Of a DNA stretch of 64,000 nt, positions 12,724 to 24,194 are shown in pieces. Each line of letters opens with the position of its first letter. Positions within the stretch are counted from its first letter, which is position 1. The stretch is from Penicillus capitatus (taxonomy: Eukaryota > Plantae > Chlorophyta). The notes under the pieces were generated by a model. The model was not told where the DNA came from and ran no database searches. It saw only the letters and a program-made list of their open reading frames with translations. The translations under genes were made by a program, and so were the position numbers. Location of the stretch: assembly GCA_965649825.1 (NCBI GenBank), contig OZ287701.1, positions 1,381,539-1,445,538 on the forward strand. Direction: 5' to 3'.

Positions 12724-13009
12724 CAGAAACGTACAAACCGAGAAGAAATAGCCAAAGACAAGCGCTATCAGATGTGGACATCTAATTTGATGTGTACATT
12801 ACTCGATTGATGAGGATCTAACCACAGGCAGGACAAGTAGACATGCATTGACCGTTGACAGATGAAACGGTCAAGGAAGCATCGTTCCCAGAGGAGGCAC
12901 ATGCGGCGCAGCAGGTGAGGCTTGAACAGCAGGGCTTATCGTCTGGGAAGTCGTCAGGAAACTGATCCAGAAAGGCATTGCATGTGTCTCCCTATCGAAA
13001 CAGATCGTT

Positions 13010-13750
13010 TCACAAGAACGCAAGGGGCTGAGGGGAGACCTCTTGGAGACAGTCCGTTGGCGGCAGGCTGTCAGGAGAGGAAGGATCTGCGCAGACATGG
13101 ACAGCGCGTCATGCATGGCTCAGATGCATCGTGCATTGTTGAGACGTACCGCAGTTGACGACTCTTCCTTCCGCGACGAACACAGAATCGCATTTCCCAC
13201 ACAAGCTCGGAAAGCACCGAGCATTCGGAAAGGCTGGACACGCAACATCACGGCACGGAGACGGCTGGCATTGCTTCTGCATTTCTGAAGCACAGGGACC
13301 TGTCAACAGAACGCGGATTCAACACCTTCTCGACGACAGTGCATTCGAACAGGGGCACTTTCCGTCGCAGGCGATCGGCATATCTGCACATGCAGCGAAG
13401 CAGCGATTCCTGTAAGAGACGCCATTGACGCCACAGACGAATGCTTTGTTCATAGGACAGGGACAGTCAGCACATGGACACGGTCCCTCGCAGACGACTT
13501 CATATCCCGTGCAGAAGAGTCCACAGCCACTGTTCGGATACTCCATGCCATCCGTCGCGCAGACTTGGACGCCATCCGCGGCACAGGAACAGAGAAGACC
13601 GCCTACCGTACGCGCCTTCAGTACTCCCAATAACGCAAACGTAAGGATTATATGTTCACGTGCAGATATCGTATCAGTGTCCTGGCATAATACGATGGAC
13701 AGACATAGAGCCAGACAAAATGTCTGCTTCACGAGGACGCCGTCTTGCAT
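13010..13750 (-). CDS. Secreted Kazal-type protein K1 (2 Kazal-like units + Cys module)
   Basis: Signal-like LALCLSIVLC; units CSC...VCATDGMEYPNSGC and CPC...VCGVNGVSYRNRC; spliced exon QCQPSPCRDVACPAFPNARCFPSLCGKCDSVFVAEGRVVNC; TGA at 13010-13012. Confidence 0.8.
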
Positions 13751-14280
13751 GGTCTTCGTTTTGAGGAACGATAACAACAACACCGAGTGATTCAGCGATT
13801 CGATGTGCGGTCGAGATAGGTTTCGAACGAGGTGGGTGCATTCACTTTGTCGTCCATTTGTGAAGCCACGACGAAGGCAACGTGGATTCTGTGAAGCGGC
13901 CGCGGTGCGTTGACAACGACAGCCGCAGTTCCTTCGTGCAATGTCGCGTCTCGGCGATCGAGGAGATGGGGCAGATGGACTTCTCAAAAACATGAAACAC
14001 TCGTTTTGTCCTGCTCCCCTCTGGCGGGGCCCTTGATGTGTGTGAAACCTTTCAAGCTATAAAGCTTTCCATTAGGTTGTGTCAATCGGAAATATATAGA
14101 AAACAAAGAATGAATGGGGCGAAACCTCGGATGTCGGTAATCCTATACATTCGAGCAAGCTAAACAAACACTAAGGCCCGGGAACCGCGAAATTCTTTCG
14201 AATAAGCGGAGAAACCTAGTTTTATTAGTAAGCTATGGCTTGAAGCGCCTGCGTGTGTTTACGCGAAGACTCTATCTTTA

Positions 14281-14985
14281 CTAGACTTGTTCGGTGATAG
14301 CTACATCAACAAACCATGAAACGTGTATAGAGTGAGATATGGCGGAGCTTACCGGTATCCACAACTTTTCCTTCGACGATAAAGTGAGCAATGCATCCAC
14401 CGCAATAATCTGCGAAACATTGCGCGTCTGGGTACAATGCTGAGGATGCAATGCTGCATGGGTCTAGATTGCAGATGGCGACCGTCTTCTTACAAGCACC
14501 TGAGGACACACACTTTGCGCACAGGCAAAATGGAGAAGACACGCACATGGACAACGTCCGTAGCATCTTGGTGGCATCCTCTTGCAATTGGCCCAGCAGT
14601 TGTTTCGATAGGTGACATGGTCGACACCGCACACGGGTCGATCGACGTCGGGACAGTCGCAGCTATGGTCACAGGAACAACGACCATGGCATGCTATGTC
14701 GACGCCGGCGCATTTTGCACATTCCTCATTCCAATACGTTCGGTCATTTGTGCCGCAGACGGGATTCCATATAGCCTGGCACGGACATTCGTCAGTAGCA
14801 TTCGCATGACTCTCGTCTCGTCCAGCGGACTCGATGACGACGCTATCCCCATCTCCTGATGGCCATGTTCCTCCAAGTGCCCGATACATCGTAACGAGCG
14901 TACCTCTGTCAAAGGGAGTCCCGGAGACGCGAAGAACGAGTAGACAGACCAGAGTCGCTAGAGAAACGAACTGTGTGTCATACAT
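14281..14985 (-). CDS. Secreted Kazal-type protein K2 (2 Kazal-like units + Cys module)
   Basis: Signal MYDTQFVSLATLVCLLVLRVSG; CPCQAIWNPVCGTNDRTYWNEEC and CDCPDVDRPVCGVDHVTYRNNC; module ICNLDPCSIASSALYPDAQCFADYCGGCIAHFIVEGKVVD. Confidence 0.85.
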
Positions 14986-16483
14986 CCTCCGACGGTGTAT
15001 TCCTTCAGACACCCCACGAATTGGTACACCCCTTGATGCGGCGTTTCTTGGCTGTGATGTGTTTCACCGTCAATCCGTACATTAACGTAAGGCCGTCCTT
15101 CCTGAGCATCATGCGTTCGTCACCTCATCTTGCACAGAACAACGTAAGGATTCGACCCGAAAAGGAACGCGTCCAGAGATCCTCTCCGGAGAGAACCTTT
15201 ATTGGCGTATCCCAGCCGAGCGGCTTTCCTTCCTGGAGATGAAGGCATGCCACACACAGGTGGTTCGGGATGTAGGTAGGGGTGCTTGAAGATAGGGAGT
15301 CAGACCTGTGTGCAAGAATTCGGAGACAGACCAATTGTTGCGTCGACGGTCACCGACATCGCATGGACGATGCGGAACTGAGGTGTCGGGTACACTGCAT
15401 AAGTCGAGATATGAATGAAGACTGTCGGTAGATACGTTTGAGTTTGTCCATGACAGATCTTTTGAATCGTTTCGATTGTTCCCAACCCGTTCGCGATGAC
15501 AAAGCCAGCTGACTGTGGATGAGGGAAGCGTCATTCCTTTCTCTCATTTGGAGTACTCTGTCATCAGAGCTGCAGCGCCAATCGAACTGAGGCTCCCATG
15601 AGAGTAGGGTTCATATCAAAATCACAGACATGACATGGATGGCATCAGTCACCTGCTGCCAGTACCATAATCATCAAGGGAAATGCAGAAACTAGACTCG
15701 GATTGGATGCGAAAGCTCCTGCCTGCTCTGTCTAACATGACACAAAGGAGGAGGGACAAACGATTGGACTGAGCTTTCACATTTCTAGCGTGTCCAAAAA
15801 AGAGAGATAGATCACTTAATCCGATTTCTTCCGACAAGACGATCGTACGATAAACTGCCGAGCTGCTGTAGAAAAAATCTGAAGAAAGTTACTTCTGCGG
15901 CGCACGATTTGTAACTCCCCTGTTGTTTGCTCTGCGAATCGCCTCGTTTAGGACTCTGGATAACGGAGCTCGGTCTCCGCCACCCTCCTGCTCTGGCTTC
16001 TCCAGCATCTAGGCCGCTGCACGAACAAACCCATCATCGGAGGATGGATCGGATGTCGACCATTGCGCCTTCCGCGCAGACAGCCTGTTCGCCCCTCCTC
16101 AGTGGCACGTTTCGCTCCACACAGCACGGCGTTCTCGTGCCTCAGTCGTCTGCCATGGTTTGGCGAATGGCCGAAGCCTGTCGACCAGGGATTCCGCCTG
16201 CCAGCGCAAGTCACATCATCGACTTTCCTTGCATGACAGCGCGACAAGTGCTGGAGAGCTCGGATACAGCTCACAGCCAGCACAGAACCTGTTGTTTTTT
16301 CGCACTGTCCGCGTCAGCAAACAAGGCTAATGGCACCCCTGGACTATCCGCTTTTCGTTTTTGGACGGAAATAGAAACGATGGTTGGACGGCGGGGTATA
16401 AATACGAGCACCGCCTTCTCTGACCACTGACATTTCTTCTTTGTCGTCTTCCCTTTCCGCTTTGTCGGAGTTTTCACCGAGTC

Positions 16484-17067
16484 ATGTCGACCAACGCAGC
16501 CGTGTTGTCCATCCTCGCACTTCTGTGCCTCTCCTCGGCAAGATGTCTTCTACCGTCGGCATCCTTTGCTGATGGACTGTCCTGCTTGCGTCCTCAGGCA
16601 ACTGCCTACCGTAAGGTCTTGGACAAGACCGTCCATGAAGACTGCGACCCTAATGTCACAAACGATTGCTCCTTTGAACCAGGCCACGAACACCATGGTA
16701 ACGTCGTCGTTAAGGATCTCCCGTCCACGATGTCGTTGTTGCATGGTAGTCGTATATGAAGATTCGAGGGGAGACGCCATTCCACTCACAACTCAGACGG
16801 GTTTGACCTGCAGTCGGTGTGATGATCTCTGCTGCCACGCCATGGAAGGAGGTAGGCCGTTCGTAGTGTGAAGCAATACGCACAGTGATGGTTTCAGAAT
16901 GCCATGCGTTCGATTGGAACCCAGCGAACAGAGGAGAATGCAGGTTGTTCCTTGAACCTCCAGCCCCCATACCACAAGTAGGCAGCACATTCGTGGTGTG
17001 CGACGAAGACCACGGCCCCTCGTGCCACGATAGCACGTCAGACTCTGATGCGGTGGTCGTCACATGA
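16484..17067 (+). CDS. Small secreted Cys-rich protein with PAN/apple-like pattern
   Basis: Signal MSTNAAVLSILALLCLSSARC; two phase-1 GT-AG introns give ...TCSRCDDLCCHAMEGECHAFDWNPANRGECRLF..., matching the PAN pattern C-x3-C-x(n)-C-x-AF-x-W-x(n)-C-x-L. Confidence 0.6.
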
Positions 17068-18315
17068 AGAATGTGATATCAGCCATGTTCCTTCCGAATT
17101 GCGGTCTTTGCGAATTTTGTATGACCTCTTGAAGAACGCGTTTGGCAACTGACGATGCTTGATGTAATGAACATGGCAGCTTTTCTTTGAATGCGACTCT
17201 TCGCGAACTCTTCGTTTCGCAAAAACACGGTCGCATGCATCATTCTTCTTTAGCAGGTCCAAATGGACATGACGATGATAACAGAACGGCTTCCGCTTGC
17301 ATGCGACAGCAGACGCCATTCCCACGTTTCATCACGGACACCGTAATAGGCGCTTTAACACAGCCTCCCGGTCATACAAGCTCCTTTGCAAAGATGGGCG
17401 ATTACGTCGATATCCGCCCACCACTACGCAAGCACGTGAGTTCGCCATGCTCCAAGGAGTGTTTGTCTTCAGCAGAGAACAGATCCATCCATCCGTTTCG
17501 CAGAGACGGTACAAGAACGAAGACGTGGTGTTCTTCTTAGACGATGAATAGGAAGATGACGACCAGCAACTTCGTCATTGACAGCGGCATGATGTCGTCC
17601 GCGGCGAAGATTTACATCTCTATGGCTCTCGGACACACCGGGGAAGAATGTCTTTCCGGTCTCCGTCGATTCTCCTTCAGAAGCGGCCGACGTCGATGCA
17701 GAAACCCGATTCAGTGAAATTGACTACTGAGTCGGATGTCAAATCTCAAGAGACTCATTGACAAATAGTGTCGATGATGAGAACACGCAATGATCGGGTT
17801 TGAATTTGATCAGCATTCAGTTGTCCGATCCAGGGATTTTCGAGAACGTCAACTTTTCATCGGATTGAAAGGAAGCATCAGGGTGATGAGATTTCTTGTT
17901 TCTCCTTGCATAGTCTGTAGCTCCATGCAGCCTTCATTGAGTATCGCACAGCTGACTTGCAGCATTGTCAGAGTAAAGCATGTCAGGCTTTTCCATTCTT
18001 TCCCTTTTGTTGATTTCGGTAGATACAGATCTCTCTACCGTATCTGAGGTGTTAAATTGTTTATCGCTAAAGCTCTATCTGTGCCGGTGCATCTGCAATG
18101 GCACGCAACTAGTGCGTATGGCCTAGCAGAAACCTGACAGAAATGCTGCATCCGAAGTTAACTCTTTTGGCGTGCAGATTGTCGCCCACACTGCGTTTCC
18201 GTTTCTCGTCAAAGATCAGCACAACTAAGGACAACTAGCAGAAAGTGCAGAAACCGAGCGGATTGTTGAAGCAAGCAAGTCTTCGAGGAGATGCACTGCT
18301 GGATGATATTTCCGA

Positions 18316-18335
18316 AGAGAGAGAGAGAGAGAGAG
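18316..18335. repeat. (AG)10 microsatellite
   Basis: Directly visible agagagagagagagagagag. Confidence 0.95.
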
Positions 18336-18786
18336 CTCGTCGAAGATGTTTGAATAATAGGTAGCAGAGATCTGTGTGTGGGAGGGCGCAAGCAGAACAA
18401 CTTATTTGCTGCAAACACGAACACGATTTATACTTCAGCCTTTTCAGCGTCTGATCACAGTCGTCCATTCCAGTAGTACTATCAACATAAAGCAGCTTAT
18501 CGCGAGATCTGCTCATTGGCAGAGTCAAAGAAAGAACAAATAAAAACCTTCATTATGCAATCAACAGCCAACAGAAAAATCAGACAATCAAACGCAGAGG
18601 TCGCAGAACAATACACACGAGGTAACTAAAAACACCTGGGGCATGAGCGCCTGCAACTCTTGTTGAAAGAAGATGCAAAATTGGAGCCGTAGCTGCCAAA
18701 GATAGAGTTAGGTTTGGGACACTCTGCACAACACTGAAGTCCAGGGCAGCAGTTGCTTCTCTCGGGTTGATATAGACTAGGATAGG

Positions 18787-19659
18787 TCAAGCATCTCTGG
18801 CCCTGAAACAGAAAGTGGATAGAAACTCACAGCACGGCAGGGTCGCATACTTTATCTTTGCAGAATGGGGGTTGATTGGTATTAAAGGGACGGAGGCTTG
18901 GAGGCGGTAGGCCTACATTTCATTGCATTGGCTATGTTATCACAAAAAAGAAAACGGTCTTACTACAGTCAACAACTTCACAGTTTGCAACGTAGACGGC
19001 AGAACAGCCACATTGTCCTGCTGCGATGCATTGGGCGTCTGGGAATGCGGGACACAAAGGATCGGAGCATGGAGCCTCGCACAGTATACTCTCGCAGGGA
19101 AGGACAGGTTCACCTAGAGAGCAGAGGAAGAAACCATCAAGCTTGAGAAGTCGATGCCGGACGCACGCACATGGACATGCATTGTTGCAGTCGACTTGGA
19201 CGTCAGCTCTCTTGGCTCTGCACGTGTTGAGATAGGTGACACCGTCCACTCCGCAGACAGGATTCGGTTCACAGGAGCATCCTTTTTTGCAGGGGCACTG
19301 TCCCTTGCAATCGACATCTACGCCAGCGCATGCGGCTAGACATGGATTTCCATATTGCTCTCCGTCGACACCACAGACTGGATCTTCAAATGCTGCACAG
19401 CTGCAAAGAGGACAAGGACACTTGCCGTCGCAGGCGACCTCCACACCGGCGCATCCAGCAGCACACGTATTCGAGTATGTCTTGCCATCCACTCCGCACA
19501 CGGGGGCGTAGTTCGCGGGACAAATACAACCTCCCCCTACAACACACACGACGAATTACATGACCGATTAAGTCGACGGTATGCTTTACCCTGCGCATTT
19601 GCGCCTCGGGCGAGGAAGAGACAGAGAAACGCCACAGTGAAGAGCGCCGTTAGCTGCAT
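18787..19659 (-). CDS. Secreted Kazal-type protein K3 (3 Kazal-like units + Cys module)
   Basis: Signal exon MQLTALFTVAFLCLFLARGANAQ; CICPANYAPVCGVDGKTYSNTC, CSCAAFEDPVCGVDGEQYGNPC, CSCEPNPVCGVDGVTYLNTC; module LCEAPCSDPLCPAFPDAQCIAAGQCGCSAVYVANCEVVDC. The 3' end is less certain. Confidence 0.87.
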
Positions 19660-21618
19660 CGTTTTTGATACCGAGGCACACAACTGTCGGTGACGGCGAA
19701 GGATAAGAAGAAGACACGTCTAGTAATCCTTCTGATAAACAACGATCTGCGCTCCGTCAGAGTACTCCTTGGTCTCAGTGCTGTGCGCTTAGAGATGTTT
19801 GGTTGCTTTCTGACAGAGAATCCAATGAAGGATGATGTCTAGGAGCTGGCTGTGTCCATTTATCACCTGTTCACCGCATTAAAACCGTACGACGCGTGCC
19901 TCGTTGACGTTTCAGTAAAATCGAGGCCACATAGACCATCGATTCAGTTTTGTCTCGATGATGACTGAATCGCGTGAAACTAGGCAGGGAGATAATTTTG
20001 TCGGACCGTCTTACCCAGATGGTTAGAGTTACGTCTGATTTTTCTGTGTGGAGGAGAGCTCGTTTTCTTAATGGTGGTTAGACATGCATCCATACGTCTG
20101 CATTGGAGTTTCGAGGCGGGATTAAATTGTGTTTTTGCTGTCATGTCAAACAAAGCAATAGACAGATCCTTTGGCCACTTGCATAGTATCAGTGAGAAGA
20201 GGCTGTTATTTTGGGGTATACGAATAGGGTACACGTGAGGACGGAATCGACAAAGATCTCTTGCAGAATTGAATAGAACTTCCGTGCTTCGCATGAATGC
20301 TGTGATCCATTGTGGATCTCTCAGCAGCATGTATTGTATCGCGGTCGCAGGTCCTGGCAACAGTGGCCAGTACTCGGACAGCCCTACCTTCGTGATTGGG
20401 ACGCAGTGATGGACAGCAAAGCACAGGCGGGATCTCACAGATCAATTTTAAGACGGAGCACCAATGGATGTGAAGACCTTAAGGGGCTGATGTCTGTTGT
20501 CTACGTCTACAGAGCACCTTTGTCTGTCAACTGTCATGACAGGCCGTGTTCCAGGTTGGTTGCAGACCTGATGCGCGTCTTTTGGGAAGAATTCTACCGT
20601 CTCTTCTTTGGACTTTTCATCGGCATTGATAGAAACGATGAAGGTTTTCATGGGGGTTCCTCGATGAGTGACATGTGTAATGTGATGGAGAGGGCAATTG
20701 CAAATCAGACGTTACACAGCCCAGTAGCTAATTCAGTATACCCAGGCTTTGGGCAACACACAATTATCATCATCGGCGTCTTTAGTCAGTCAACCTGGTT
20801 TTCATAACCTTTCACTTCGTCGGGGCGACCAGGGCCTGGTTGGTCGATAAACGGCACAACACTGTATTTCTGAGCAACTGGTCGTTCGAATCGTATACCT
20901 AGTGCAACTGAGTCTTTCAAACAGATTGTCAGTCATGACACAGTTCACAGCATACCAAAGCCACAACTTTCTCACAATCACCGAAGAAGATACGTCTTGG
21001 GTTGGATCATTGTGTAGAAATCGATGGGGAACACAAGGCACCAGAGGAGAACCCCATCGCTAGACAACAAGCAATAAGAAGCACTCGACATCATCACACA
21101 TTGTTTGCTTTCGGGGAATCATCGTCTCTGACGAGAGTGCATGCATCGAACATCGACACTTGTGCAAGAGAGTGGACAGGTGAAGGCAAACCCAGTAAAT
21201 GAAAGGAATGCACAGATCTTACGTTGAATGGAAGAGGACAGACAGTTCATCGAGCGAATGGAGGGAGATCATGGGGTCTTCTTGCGGACTATCTACATCC
21301 TCGAACCTTTTCTGAAGTCGAATACGGCATCACGAGAAGGAAATGCGTCGAATCGTCGCTGGAATCGAACAGTTAAGCACTCATTGGATTACAGATTTCG
21401 TTCTCGTGTTAACTACTTCAGCGTTTTTTTATTCGAAATGGATGGATGACCATGGAAAAGAAAAAACAAAACCTGACAGATTTAACTCAGCTCGTCTGGT
21501 GAGCCACTCCATATGGTGTGTACTGAAAACCCCATCCCGCCACGCAACTGTCTTCGACGGCCAATACAGATAACATTGTAGATACGAAAACGAACAAGGA
21601 GATAGTTATTCTTGCCTC

Positions 21619-22681
21619 TTAGCACTTGGGGCAGGATTTCATGCATCTACCACCTCCATACAACTTTGTATGTCTGTCGTCATCATCATCACTATCACTG
21701 TCGCTATCGCTGTCACTGTCGCTACCGCTACTGCGGTGGCTGCGACGGTCGTCATCACTATCACTGTCGCTGCCGCTGTCGCTGTCATCATCATCGTCCT
21801 CGTCCTTTTTCCCTTTGGATTTGACGCATTTGGGGCAGCAGGTCAAGGAAGGGCAGCAGTCCTTTCCTGCCGGAACGCCTTTGTGTCCACCGCCAGCGGA
21901 ACCACCACACTTCTGTCCCTGTGAACAACCCATGCGCATGAATATACGTTCCGTAATCGCAACTGAGTACCTGTCTCATACAAGCAGGTAAAACGACACT
22001 GGGAGAAGGAGGAGGAAGGTTAATGCTTGGAGACGGGGTTGGAGGTCCTTCATCCATACCGTCCGTCAAAAAAGCTTCGTGAAAGGATCGCCTTACCGCA
22101 ATCGACGATTTCGCAGTTAGACACGTAAACATCCGAGCAACCATGATGACCGGACGAGATGCACTTTGCATGCGGGTGCTTCGGGCACTTATGGGTGGAA
22201 CAAGAGGAGGAGCCATGAGTGTGAGAGCACTTGCCATGAGAATGACCTAGTGTACACGACAGAACTGTGTGAAGATCAACGTTGTTAAGGAGAACGCACA
22301 AGGACATGCGTGGTGACAGGCGACACTGGCACCAGCTATCTTGGCACGACAGGCGTTCAAGTACGTTACACCGTTTGACCCGCAAACGGGTGCCGCGTGA
22401 CAAGAACAGTGCTGCGGCTCATTGCATGAACACTTCTTATCGCAAGCAACATCGGCTCCTGCACAGGAGGCACATTTAGGACCCGAATAGGTTTTGCCTG
22501 CCACCCGTACCACAAACGTTTTTCTTCGCAGCACAGTCGCACAAGATTTTGCCTAAGGATAACGAGAGTTGTAACGAGAGGAACTTAGGGCGATGACGAA
22601 ATCGATACGTTCAGCGACGGATGGAGTGATGACGGCGAATGCGACCGTCAGAGATACGTAAAGAACAGCAGAGCTTCTCAT
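21619..22681 (-). pseudogene. Kazal protein K4 (2 Kazal + Cys module + Pro linker + knottin/CBM1-like domain with Asp/Ser tract), frameshifted
   Basis: Signal exon MRSSAVLYVSLTVAFAVITPSVAE. Frame breaks at GGT GGCA GGCA AAACC (plus 22495-22502); removing one GGCA restores VCGTGGKTYS. Downstream exons splice normally to ...KSCPKC-TAA. The lesion could be an assembly error. Confidence 0.75.
21677..21805 (-). repeat. Low-complexity GAC/GAT/AGC/AGT tract encoding Asp/Ser repeats
   Basis: Encodes DEDDDDDSDSGSDSDSDDDRRSHRSSGSDSDSDSDSDSDDDDD inside K4. Confidence 0.9.
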
Positions 22682-23632
22682 CGAGAAGGAGACTGTGTAT
22701 ATCTCAACTGGGCAATAGTTATTCGCCGTTTGGTGAAAATTACAATGAAGTCGTGTTTCGTCGTCCGAATAAATACTGTTGTGCGGTTATCCCGGCAGCG
22801 TCTCTTCAGAACTTCGAGTTGAACTGCACGTGGATGGACGGATATGAGTAACTAGGCGGAATAGACCAGTTGGCATTTAGAAATAGTACTTCTTCGGTCG
22901 TTCCTGACGGAACTGTCGCGATGACGGCTTGTACAGATGACTGTTCGAACTCAGTTTCACGGAGTTTTCTGGATCAGGTGAAAACAATTGCCTGAGCTTT
23001 ATTCGCTGTCAGTCAATCACGCCATTATTGTCGGACAATAACGCCGCTATGGTATCCGGGTATCTGAACCAGTGTGCTCGTTTGTAGCCTAAACGAAACG
23101 ACGGACAGGCAGAGCTGCTGCCAGGGAAGCAACCTGAAACAACCGTTGATGTGAAAACTTCGAGAGACGCAGAATCGCAGGCGCGGCATACGGTTGCTGA
23201 GATCGCCATGCATTCATAGTAAGTGTATATACTTATCTGAGTGTAACCACCACGTCTTGTCGATGGTTTGACAGCGATAGTTAGTACATTCGACAACCAA
23301 GCAAAGGCAGCTCATCCACTCCTAGCACCCCATTATCGTAACAATGGCCTCATCCTCCATCCCTTCGAAATGCCGCTGACAGACGAATGCAACGAAAACG
23401 CGTAACACTGTGCGTTATTCGAATTAACGATCGACGCTGGACACATGACGAGCAGTAATGGCGAACAGTTTTCAGAGGAGCGACATCGATTCTGCGAATT
23501 CTACGAAGTTGGTCTTGCAAACAAAATCCAAATCGAATGCAGGTTCCTTTCCGTCACGGAAAAGATGGATCAGAACGAGCAGTATCCTCCAAGAAACAAC
23601 GTCACAGGGTGCATGTGCAGTTTGGCAATGTT

Positions 23633-24194
23633 TCAAGTTGTGTCGCCTTCGTCCACTGCAGCGACTGAAGCTTCAGTATCTTCTATCGACACAAGCGAAG
23701 CGACGGCACTTTTCCGAGAACCTATCAAATAGTTGTAACGGAGATGCATTCGAGAGGAGACCTCTTACAGTCGTTTACTATCTCGTCCTTCAGAATCCAT
23801 ACAGCGAATTCATCGCGTTCACGCACGTGACATTCTGCTTGAGGATAGCGCACACACCTTTTGTCTTTACAACTATTGCGCAGGCATTCCGGCGACCTCT
23901 CACTTTCGATTCCTGTGGCAGACAGACATCTTAAGTAAAAATCGAGACAGGTTTGGAGGAGAACGAAACGGAGGTGCGTTTTCGCTGTCAGTACGGGGAT
24001 ATGCCGATTCGTTACGGCGTCGCCATTTAGACGTTTGCGTTCATACGTCGCGGAGACGGGTCGCCAGCTAACGATGTTACGAGATTGATGCGTATATGTT
24101 ACGGACCTTCGGAAATTGAGGTCGAAACCACTTGTGCCGTGACGGCCATTGCTGCCAGAGAGACGACGAAGACAGAGAACAGAGATAGCTTCAT
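23633..24194 (-). CDS. Secreted protein K5 carrying the same Cys module without Kazal units
   Basis: Signal MKLSLFSVFVVSLAAMAVTAQ at 24194; downstream ECLRNSCKDKRCVRYPQAECHVRERDEFAVWILKDEIVNDC parallels the K1-K4 module. Internal splicing is unresolved. Confidence 0.5.

Noticed and set aside
17480-17760. TAA/TAG=Gln alternative code (suggested by DDE*EDDDQQ)
   Set aside because: Conserved genes end at TAG/TAA exactly where expected (HSP20, HIBCH -AKL, CPBP), and 449-819 aa ORFs contain no in-frame TAR codons.
19980-21100. Possible multi-exon gene on the minus strand (e.g. VAQKYSVVPFIDQPGPGRPDEVKGYENQ; MKTFIVSINADEKSKEETVEFFPK)
   Set aside because: Coding-like fragments exist, but no complete frame-consistent model or family could be supported.
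21350-21430. tRNA-Tyr-like fragment on the minus strand (CTGTAAT loop, GTTCGATTC)
   Set aside because: Anticodon and T stems do not base-pair and there is no acceptor stem.
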